Shown here piece after piece: positions 37,071-47,296 of a stretch of DNA of 64,000 nucleotides. The stretch comes from Chiloscyllium plagiosum (Eukaryota). The translations under genes were made by a program, and so were the position numbers. The stretch is taken from the NCBI RefSeq assembly GCF_004010195.1, contig NC_057753.1:8217309-8281308 (forward strand), given 5' to 3'. Under the pieces are notes generated by a model. It was not told the DNA's origin. It searched no databases and was given only the letters and a program-made list of their open reading frames with translations. The stretch's first letter is position 1. The number at the start of each line of letters is the position of its first letter.

Positions 37071-37106
37071 ATTCCTGAAGAAGGGCCTGTGCCCGAAACG
37101 TCGAAT
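37071..37106 (+). ncRNA. Minimal type I hammerhead ribozyme motif (predicted)
   Basis: AUUC-CUGAAGA-A-GGGC-CUGU-GCCC-GAAA-C-GUC-GAAU: core boxes, 4-bp helix II, 4-bp helix I, loopless palindromic ACGU helix III. Confidence 0.65.
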
Positions 37107-37201
37107 CTCCTGTTCCCTGGATGCTGCCTGACCTGCTGTGCTGTTCCAACAATAAAGTTTCAACTTTGATCTCCAGCATCTGCAGACCTCACTTTCTCCT
37201 C
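37075..37201 (+). mobile_element. 127-bp Penelope-like mini insert with 9-bp TSD, unit-B-specific, in GPCR intron
   Basis: TSD gtgtcattc at 37066-37074 and 37202-37210; a single copy at the empty site near 12319-12327. Confidence 0.85.
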
Positions 37202-39354
37202 GTGTCATTCTACACCTATTGGAAACATTAATTTAGGAACAGTAAGACATTCAATGGGGTTTGATATTTCTACTTATTGCAAACAAGACAGAACCAGTTA
37301 ACCTTCTCCGATATTAGCTCTAAGTCATAGTGTAGATGTCACGAAACTGCTCGGTTAGAGCGTGGATGGTAAATGTCACAATCATGCAGTGTTATTGTTC
37401 AGATGTTGTTAGAATCTGTGTTCAATGCCTTGAATTGCTTCTAAATGTTATTATCTTTGTACCGTGTAAGGTGAAGGCAATTCATGACATTGGGGAATTT
37501 AGTAAGGTTAATGATGGAGAGTCCACACAACCACTCATGTGGAAATGTACGTACATAAATTTACTTCATTGCTTGTACTGATATGCTGAGTTCATGAATT
37601 CTCAATCGAGTTTTCTTTGAGCAGCTGTCGACTCCAATTATTGACTTAATTGCCTATCAGCATTTGCAACAACACTTGACTCCACTGCATGAATAAAACT
37701 TGGTCATTGTCTGCTACATAAGATAAATATGCAGAGCATTACAAGTAATGTATTAGCGTGGACAGAAGACTGGTTATCTCACAGAAAGCTATGAATAGGG
37801 TCAAACGGTTGATTTTCTGGTTTGCTGGTGTGTCTCAGTGGTGAGCATTCGTAACACAATTGACTACAATTCACATGGGTGATTTCGAGTTGCGACCAAA
37901 TGCGGGTGTGTCCATGTTCGCAGATGACACTAAAATGAGGAGTATATCAAAGTGTGCAGAGTACTCTGAAAGTATGCAGAGGTTTTAGATAGATTAACTC
38001 AGCGTACAAAGGTCTGGCAGTTGAAACACAAACTTAGGAAATGCGACGGAATCCATTCTGGGGTAGAAAATAGCAGCAAAATGGACTATTATTGTTGCAG
38101 TTAACAATTGCAGCATGCTGACATGCAGAGGGACCTGGGTGTCCATGTGTATGAATCACAAAAATTTGGTTTGCTGGTGCTGCACGTAATTACGAAGGCA
38201 AACCGAATATGGTTGTTCAATCCGAAAGGGACGGAGATGAAAAATAAGGTTTTGGGTTCCTTACTTGTGAAGTCATATCTTGGAATTGGAGGAGGTGCGG
38301 AGAATGTACACGAGATTGATTCCAGAATAGATGGGGTCGTCTTATGGTGAGGAATTGATTAAACGTGGAGCTTACAAATTAGAATTGAGATGAATGGGGT
38401 ATCCTGTCGTAAATGATGCACAGTATGCAATGCGTTCTCACCAGGATCTTGTGTAGCATCTCACTCCCCTTATACGATATTCCCCTGACAATATGAATCA
38501 ACATTTGAACATTCTTATGCTCAAGAAGGATTCACTGATTTTTCATCAGAAGTATTCCTAACCTTCTGAGATTTTCCAGCAATCCTTGATTTTTGTTGCA
38601 TATATCCTGCTCTTTATGGGAAAGACGTTTGAATATGAAATATGTTTTTTCTCTTCTTTCAAAACAGTAGTCGAGAAGTGGTAATTATATTCTTCCTGCT
38701 TCTATGTCGCAGTCGTGAGGCAGTGAACAACCCCTGTTGCGTCATGAAACGACCCAGAGGGACTGAATGGACTTATGATCTTCCTGCCAGTCAATGTGGC
38801 ATTTTTTTCAAATTCCTCCTTTGGAAATAAATCGAGCTTCAATCCAGGTTAAGACACAGGCTGATTCTAAAAATGCCTCACACCTGAAATGCATTGTCAG
38901 ACTTGAGATGTCACTTCTTCTATACTGGTAAAACGTATCTCATGACAGTGAGTTGAAAGAAACTCTCTGATTTCCATATTAATCATTCTCCATTCAAAAC
39001 GATTAAAGGTTTTACAGCCATCTCAGGTTTCATCAATATATTCGCATCAGTTGTTTGACTTGGAATTGTAAATTCCACTTTGCAGAGTTAGTTTCTTTTC
39101 TGCTTCTCATCACCTGCGTGATACTCCATCTGTGGTCTCAACAAATTGTAATTTTAGGTATGTTGGCAATGTGGGCAAATAATTGGGTATCAGCTTGTCT
39201 TAGGTTCAGATTTCAGAACAAATGAGTCAGTTTTCTTTTAAACCAAACTAAAAGTAAGTTGTTTTATTACCAAAACAAAAAACAGTAACACGGAACCAAA
39301 GATAAGGGGCAAGGTGGTTAGATTTACGACATGTGCATTAATATTTTTATTTTG

Positions 39355-39860
39355 AGAAACACATGCATGCGTGTGCGTGCGCACACACACACATTCATAT
39401 TCGCACAGACACGCACTCAGACTCACGTATATGCTCACACAGAAGCACCCACACGCAGACGCAATTGATACGTATACATGGATAAACATTCATATGGACA
39501 CGTTCATATGCACGGACACAAATGACAGACACGCATGTACGCATTCACACTGAGATACAAACATATCCCACTCACTCACATACACAGACACTCGCAAAGG
39601 GAAAATAAACACAACGGACAAAGACACACACAAATGGATAAACATTCACATGCATAAACGCATAAAAGTACAGACAAACATTCAGAAAAGGACAGTCGCA
39701 CAAGGCACACACAAGGCATTCTCGTGCATACATGGATTCAGGCATAGATATCCACACAAACAAACTGTCACATTCGCACACACATACTGCCGCTTACTTC
39801 TCGAAACACATAAACATTATGTATACAAAACTACATATTGTAAACACACACACAGACTAC
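39355..39860. repeat. Degenerate (CA)n-rich low-complexity tract in intron
   Basis: Decayed CACA/CAGACA repeats. Confidence 0.85.
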
Positions 39861-40572
39861 CAGGCATAAAACAATCGCACAGAATAGTGAAAAAATATTC
39901 TGTTGAGAATCAAAAGTTTGGAACGTGCAGAGTGTCACATTTAAATAATTTTACCTATGTTTCTGAAAAATCATGGAATAGGTCGAACAAAAACGTAACC
40001 GAAATTATCCTTAACATTCCATGATTGCAATATATTTGAATACCCATAAGTCAGTTAAACAAGCTAAGTGACAAGCTGCACTGTAAAGAGGTCCCGTCCA
40101 GTGAGGAGTAGACATTCCTTCATAATGTGAACACGTGATTAAGAGGTCTTTGCAAAACACCTCGCGTGTGTATGTTTATATCGTTACCTGTCGCGCATTG
40201 ATGACTATTTGGTCCAAATGACATAAATCTCCAACATCTTCAGTGAACTACGCCAGAATAATTCAGGGCAGCAAAAGTCTGGTTTTACTTTCTATATTTG
40301 TAAATGTAAAGCAATGAACCCTGTTGGTTCTCGACTGATCGAGAAATTATGCCTTCTTTTTGATACGTGTCTTTTATTACGAAGGGAGTGATCTTTGGTT
40401 TTCCATTATTTTTATTGAAATAATTAAGTTCTTCACGTTTGTTATTTCAGCTCGAACTGCTTCAATTAATCATTGAATACACGGAAACTTTTAAAAATAT
40501 AGGTCCTTAATCAAACTGATATTGTTGTCCCCAGGCTGATGTATATAATGTATTTGTTTATCTTTCTCACAG

Positions 40573-41480
40573 TTAATGCAATCACGATCTTCATCCTGCT
40601 TAATACAAATTGTGGATTGTCTCCATGTGTTAGTCGTTATCTGGTGGCCATGGCAGTGGCAGATCTACTGGTCATTATCCTCGATCTGATCATGAGACAC
40701 ATTCCGATTGTTTATCAGGAACAGTTTTATTTCTTGATATTCATCCCCATATGTAATATCCACGCCGTCCTGCTTTATGCAGTCACTGACTGTTCTGTCT
40801 GGTTCACCGTCACTTTCACCTTTGATCGATTTGTGGCCATTTGTTGCCAGAAACTGAAGAGTAATTATTGCACTGGGAAAATGGCGGCTGTGATTTTGGG
40901 AACAGTGACTGTGCTGAGCTGCTTAAAGAACGTTTTCTGGTACTTTATGCTCACACCTTGGTATTCGCTGGTGAACAACCCCTGGTTTTGTAATGTATCA
41001 AGTGGTGTTTTTGGCTCTCGGGTCTGGATCACTGTCGAGTTCATCCACCACATTGCAACCCCCGGCCTCCCTTTTCTCCTCATTCTGTTGCTTAATATTT
41101 TCACAGTCAGACATATTTTTGTGACCAGTAGAGTTCGCAGAAGACTCCGCCATCATGACAACAATGTGCGATCCAGAGACCCAGAGATGGACAATCGAAA
41201 GAAATCTATAATTTTACTGTTCGTTATCTCGTCAAATTTCATTGTCTTATGGTCAATGTTAATGATTTATTCCATCTGGAATCGGATGTATAATTTTGGA
41301 TATGAATCTATATATCTACATTGGTTTGTTCAGGAATTAGGCTTCATGCTGCAGCTCCTCAGTTGCTGTACAAACACCGCAATTTATGCTGTGACACAGA
41401 CTAAGTTCAGACATCAGCTAAAGAACGTGCTGAAATATCCCTTCGCTCAAATTAACAAAACGATAAAATTCATTCATTGA
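40573..41480 (+). CDS. GPR139/GPR142-like GPCR, copy B, coding exon 2 (TM1-TM7, C-tail); spliced CDS 1086 nt, 361 aa
   Basis: Acceptor tttatctttctcacag at 40572; YLVAMAVADLL (TM2), C at top of TM3, FDRFVAIC, ECL2 WFC, PFLLILLLN (TM5), CCTNTAIY (TM7 variant of NPxxY); open to TGA. Confidence 0.93.
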
Positions 41481-43654
41481 TCAACTGGTCAGAAGTTTAA
41501 AAATTTCATTTTATAATTTCAGCAGTTCAGGGTCCTCCTTGCTACATTAACAGACCGAGGAAGATGCCTTTTGTGATGAAATTGCAATGTGCTTGATACT
41601 GTTGTTTGGCGATATTTGTGGCGTGATTTGTCGCCAAGGAACAGAAGTCGGATCAATCCTGATGTTGTCTTGTTTTTTTTTATTTTTCCCCAATAGACAG
41701 CTATATGGTTGTTTCCCTTATTTGTGTTGATTCCAATGGTCTGGCTCAATTACCGTCTGCTTCGAAATCAACTCCAATACTAACCATAATCTCACAGAGA
41801 CACTCGTATATAAAAGGAACCGAAGCCTGTCCATCAAACTTCGCCCTCACTCCGATTCGACAGAATATGATCTCAATCCTGCATCTCAGAATTTGAGATT
41901 GCCATTGACCTTTCTATCATCTTTACCTCATGATTATTTATTATCAGTACCACCTTCCATCACACGATTTGTCGACTGTATCTGAAGCTCTAAGGGTCTG
42001 TGAATACAAGCCATGGCGTACAGTAATCTCTGCAAACACTCACATCACATTGGTGCAGACAGTCAATAGCAATACAAACCAGCGTTGTGGCATTTTGAAA
42101 ATGGAAGTGTATCATGTCAACTGGCAATATTTAATTTCCATGAATGTCGCATAAGCAAAAGTAAGTCAAGTAGATTTCACTTTTAACAAAGTCACATTAG
42201 TACCTTTCTTCACATCTATTCTGCCACAAAGTTCTTAAAAGTTGTGATGGTGATTATCCCTTTGACCAATGTTACTTTCATTGGCATATTTTCCTCCTTT
42301 CTGCCCCACTTTCTCCTTGTCATTATGCTAGCACATTTGTTATGTTTAAATCCGCTGAAACTCTTCCGAAGTCGAGGAATCTTGGAGATTATAATCAATG
42401 GACTGACGATCAGAGGTGCCATTTCATTTGAGAGCATAAAGTGTCGGCTTTTGATCCCGGAAACCTGAGGGCCTCCACTTCCACAAGGCGCGGTTTTATT
42501 TTGTTTTTTCCATGATTTTTGGCACTGTTTGAAGTGAATTACCGCTTACACATTCTAATGATCAATTATGTATGTGATGTTAAATACGTTCTTTTTGTTT
42601 GAAAATAAAAAAAATTCAAGCTTTCCAACATTTCATTAATTTTCAGTATCCATGTCCCAGAGCCAATGTGTAAAAGACCAACCCGAGCACAGTTTCTCTT
42701 TTTTTCTTCTCAAATTTGGCAGGTGGACTCTTTCTGTCAGTGGTCATTTTATTAGTTAACTTTGAAGGCAAGTTACAAAACTGAGGTATGCAAGAGACTG
42801 GTCAGTGTTGCGGGTGAACAATTCTGTGGAATCATGAATAATGTCATACAGCAAACCACCAAGTGACAATACTGTAGACGAATCGAAGACTTGAACTCTT
42901 CCTTTCACAGAACATCGAAGAACAATGCTGCAAATGTATCGAAACCTGGATTCCTCCAGAGACAGAACAATTTCAAAGACCAGACTTTTAAAAAATGAAG
43001 ATCACATTTTATCTTTTTTGTTCATTCTGAAATGTTAAAATGTATAAAGTCCCAGAATTCAGAAAATGCTTTCCGTAGAACATTTAAATTCTTATGAGTT
43101 TACGACGCTCTTTAGCGCTCTGACACTCTCTGTTAGAGAAGAATTAGAATTGGCGATATGTGTTGAAAACAATGAGCGGTCCACTGACAGCGTGGTTTAA
43201 GGGTTTATGGATGACCACAGTTTGATTTTGCATAGGGTTTGTGGTTCAATGCCGCTCAGAAATGGATCTTTGATCATTCTTAAAGTAACTATCAAACAAA
43301 CGGACTCGCCATGTACTTACTAGAAATCTAAAGAGAAAACCCGAAAGAACTGAGGATGCTGGGAATCAAGGACAAAACATTATGGGGAATACTTCAACCG
43401 GTCTGTTTGTACTTTTGGGAAAAATCAGAGTTTATGTTTCACTTTAATGACCCTTCTTCAGAAATCATGGCCGCTTGGAAAATATTGCTTTTCATGCAGA
43501 CAGTCTCCATGTCTCCACAAGGACATGTCAGGGCATTTGCATTTGAAGTATAAAACTCATTGAGGACAGTTACTGCTCGAAGCATTAACACACTGATATC
43601 GTGCTCATGCTCATTATGCTATAGTACCGCAAGATAGAGTCTCCACATGCATTA

Positions 43655-43817
43655 CAGCGATTTTAATTGAAGCATTAAAATTTGGATGTAATGTTAAGAC
43701 CAAGCTTACACTTTCGAAACTATATAGCAGAAGACCACACCAGCGATTTTAATTGAAGCATTAAAATTTGGATGTAATGTTAAGACACTTTCGAAACTAT
43801 ATAGCAGAAGACCACAC
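43655..43817. repeat. Local tandem duplication (86 bp plus 77 bp copy with 9-bp internal loss), unit-B-specific
   Basis: cagcgattttaattgaagc...gaagaccacac occurs twice here and once in unit A (about 17737-17822). Confidence 0.88.
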
Positions 43818-43870
43818 TTGTTTTAATGACGATTGCTCTCACTGGTCAGAGTGCAAATTGATAATAAGCG

Positions 43871-43966
43871 CTGAAAATGTGTTGCTGGAAAAGCGCAGCA
43901 GGTCAGGCAGCATCCAAGGAACAGGAGAATCCACATTTCGGGCATAAGCCCTTCTTCAGGAATGAG
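43871..43966 (-). mobile_element. ~96-bp Penelope-like mini insert with hammerhead-type motif, unit-B-specific
   Basis: Minus strand attcCTGAAGAaGGGCttatGCCCGAAAtgtgg...; empty site gataatcagcgaccagg at about 17865-17881. Confidence 0.8.
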
Positions 43967-46965
43967 GCGACCAGGCTGCTTATTTGAAACGCGATGTTGA
44001 TTTAAAAGTGCTATTAAAACTTTGCCTACAAAAGCAACGTAACAGTAATGAGAATTAACATCGACCAAGATTGTAAGATTGATAGCCATCTCATGATGAA
44101 AAGTATGTGATCGGAGGTAAAGTTTACTGAGACACAACAAGTGACTGAAATACACAACAAACATCTCTGGCGTCAGACACTTTGCTATCCAGGGCCTATG
44201 CATCTTCCTCAAAATGTAGGGAAATAATTGAGAATGATGTTTTAAATTTGAATGAAGTTGTGAAAATGGCGGTCAACTGACAGTCCAGAGCTTTCAGTTT
44301 TAAGAATCGTCTAAAAATAGATTCTGGAGGGAGATATGCAATGAATTCCAGAACGTGAGGTCGATCCAGGCACATTCATAAGTACATTATATACTCCTTT
44401 CCATTTGCATGGTTTGATTCTGAAAACCTTCAAACTCTCACCTCAAAGAGCTGTTTCTGTTTTACCATTTTTACCTGACACCGCAGCGTCAGAGGATTGT
44501 GGGGGGGGGGGGGGAAGGTTCAGTTTCCATGACCTTTTTCCAGAATACCTCCTCCTCTAATAGCGTTAAATGACATTGATGTTTAAAGTATTGAGTAAAT
44601 TCGCTGAAATGCCAAATAGGTGCATCACTAACCATTCAACCCATCATGCCTGAACCGTCTTTTTGAATGAGTAACTCACTGAGTACCATTCTTATGCTTT
44701 CCCATGTTTCTCATGAACTCGATCCCTCAGCACTACGTTATGCTCCACCGCTGCAGCTTTATCTCTTACCTGCAATGGTGGCACTCTATCCCCACTGATA
44801 CGTTTTCCTGGTGGTGCTCTGTTTCGCACCTTGTAATCGTCATATGTTATCTGTTCACTAAGTTTTGTGCATGAGTGAATGAATTGTTAATCTGGCTGCT
44901 GAATGAAAATGCAATTATTAAGCACCTCCCCGCTTTCGTGTGCCAGTATGTGTTAGCCCTTCTTGTTTTGTAGAACGATTTTTTTTTCAAACTGCAGGTA
45001 GAAAAAAAGCAAAGTCACATGGCCAGTGAGTAACAATTTCTCCTGACACTGATGTCAACAAGTCCGGTTGTTAAACAGGAGCACTTGTTTGGGAACTCTT
45101 GCACAATGGAAAGTGAAGAGTCAAAAGATAGTAAACGTAGTTGGTAGATCGGTTCAGTATACGCTGAAGACACCAGTAGATTTCAACTCAATTAACTTAA
45201 CCACTCGACTACATAGCCTGTTAATGCTGTTCAAATGGTATTTAAAGAAGATTACAATAGCGCAAATCACCGTTCGATCCATCTTGTTGGATTTGGACTT
45301 TAGCACGTGTAAATATAAAATACTGCCAATAACTGAGGATAATGTCGATCTATTGAACAAATAAAGATATGAAGCAATAGCAGCTACAGTTTTGAAAGAT
45401 GTAGGAAGAACGATGGGTTAACTTCGGGCGCCATACCTCTTTTGTGCATTGGTTGCCACCTTTATCAAAAAATCAAGATGTCCCAGTTTATGAAAGGTTT
45501 GAAATCGCTGTGCTACCTCGCCCTCTTGGAAAACGGGGTTGTCTCTGCTTACTGCTGCAAGTGAATGGAACTAGTCGTTTTTCTTGATGTTCTTGAGGAC
45601 AAAAAGGGGACATGGGATAGCGTTGTCTCAGAAGATTTGGGTGTATCCAAATAGGTTATTTCAGTGTGTTAAAGGAAACAGAAAACTTAAAGAGTGAATA
45701 GGACATCTCAAGGACCAAATTGGAGGTGTCTGCGTGGAAGCTTAGGAGAGAGCAAGTACTCAATGAATGCTTTTCCTCGGTGTTTACCGTAAAGAATGAA
45801 ATGAAGACTTGAAACCATCGGGAATATAGAAGTAATATCTTGCAGAGAGTTGATATAAGAGTAGAGGAGGTGTTGGGTGTATGAGAATGTATGAAGTTGG
45901 ATAAATCTCCAGTTCCTGACCTGAAATATCCAAGAACACTCGGAGAGGCTAGGGATCAAATTACGGGGTCTCAGATGATATTTTTGTGTCATTGCTAGCC
46001 ATAGTCGAGGTCCCACGAGACTGGGCGGTCGTGAATATTGTTCCCTTATTCAAAAATGGCTGCAAAGAAAAGTTCAAAACTGTAGAAAAGGTATTCTAAG
46101 AGAAAGGCGAAAGGGTCATTAGGTTCTTTTGAAAATTGGTCGTCAAGATTGTCAAGACTCGATGGTTATTCTGGGATCGGAGCCAGTGCTTTGCTTCCCT
46201 GCTGTTCAGATTGTCAAAAACAAATTATGTGTTCACAGTAACAATTATGATTCTGCCTTTTCATTGCGGTGTGGCTTAATGAAATTCACATTAACTTAGT
46301 GCAAATATCGTTCATTCTGGGCCAAAGTCTACTAAAACTGAAAAGCAAAAATGATACTACACTTTCGAGTTTGTTTAAAAAGAAATCATCTGTGCTGTTA
46401 TGGCGGCATGCTGGGACAATGGTTAAAAATGACATCTCCCTACCCATAGCATCCAAGTTCCATTCCACCCTTGATTTAATGTCTGTGTGGAGTTTGCACA
46501 TTCTCGTCTTGCCTGTGGGAGTTTCGCTGATGTGCCCTGGTTTCTTCCCACCGTCCAAAGATGTGCAGGTGGATTCGGTGTATATGGTCTTCAGTAAGGC
46601 ATTTGACAAGGTTCCACACAGTATGCTCAATCGTGAAGTCGGGAGGGATGGGATGCAGGGAAATTTGTCTGTCGAGATTCAGAATTGAGAGAGTGGTTGT
46701 ACATGTGAAGTATTCTGCCTGGAGGTCAGTGGTGGGTGGGTTGGCTCGCAGGGCAGTGTTCTTGGGCCTCTGCACTTTGTAGGTTTTATAAATGACTTGG
46801 ATGAGAGGGTTGAGGTGTGGGTTCGGAAATTTGCCGATGACACAAAGGTTGGAGGTAACATTCAAAGTATTAAGGGCTATTGCAGGCTGCAGCACGATAT
46901 AGACAGGATTCAGAATTGGGCTGAGAATTGGCAGATAGAGTTCAACCTGGGTAAATGTGAAGTGA

Positions 46966-47153
46966 GTGCATCTGAGGTGCAGGAAAATCGATATTTCGGG
47001 CAAAAGCCCTTTATCAGGAATATTCCTGATGAAGTGAATTTGCCCGAAACATCGATTTTCGTGCACCTCAGAAGCTGCCTGGCCTGCTGTGCGTTTCCAG
47101 AACCACTCTGATCTAAACTCTGGTTTCCAGCATCTGCAGTCCTCATTTTTGCC
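46966..47153. mobile_element. 188-bp head-to-head inverted Penelope-like insert with 14-bp TSD
   Basis: TSD taaatgtgaagtga at 46952-46965 and 47154-47167; palindrome centre aggaat|attcct at 47021/47022. Confidence 0.85.
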
Positions 47154-47207
47154 TAAATGTGAAGTGATACATTTTGGAAGGTCGAACTTGAATGCTGCTT
47201 CTAGGAT

Positions 47208-47296
47208 CCTGAAGAAGGGCTAATGCCCGAAACGTCGATTCTCCTGTTCCCTAGATGCTGCCTGACCTGCTGCGCTTTTCCAGCAACACATTTCCA
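47208..47296 (+). mobile_element. 89-bp Penelope-like mini insert with hammerhead motif and 8-bp TSD, unit-C-specific
   Basis: TSD tctaggat at 47200-47207 and 47297-47304; empty site at about 60773-60780; GGAUC-CUGAAGA-A-GGGC-UAAU-GCCC-GAAA-C-GUC-GAUUC. Confidence 0.85.

Larger units (their letters stand above)
28058..44762 (+). repeat. Segmental duplication unit B (paralogous to 4205-18663), contains GPCR copy B
   Basis: Colinear with unit A; constant offset of 25918 over exon 2 and the 3' flank. Confidence 0.93.

Noticed and set aside
39238..40024. His/Thr- or Cys/Val-rich ORFs
   Set aside because: Translation of a degenerate CA microsatellite; the same applies to GA-tract ORFs at 26.1-26.5 kb.
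40539..40572. Single-exon 313-aa gene starting MYIMYLFIFLT
   Set aside because: These codons are the polypyrimidine tract and acceptor; splicing to exon 1 restores the GVPVN TM1 motif.
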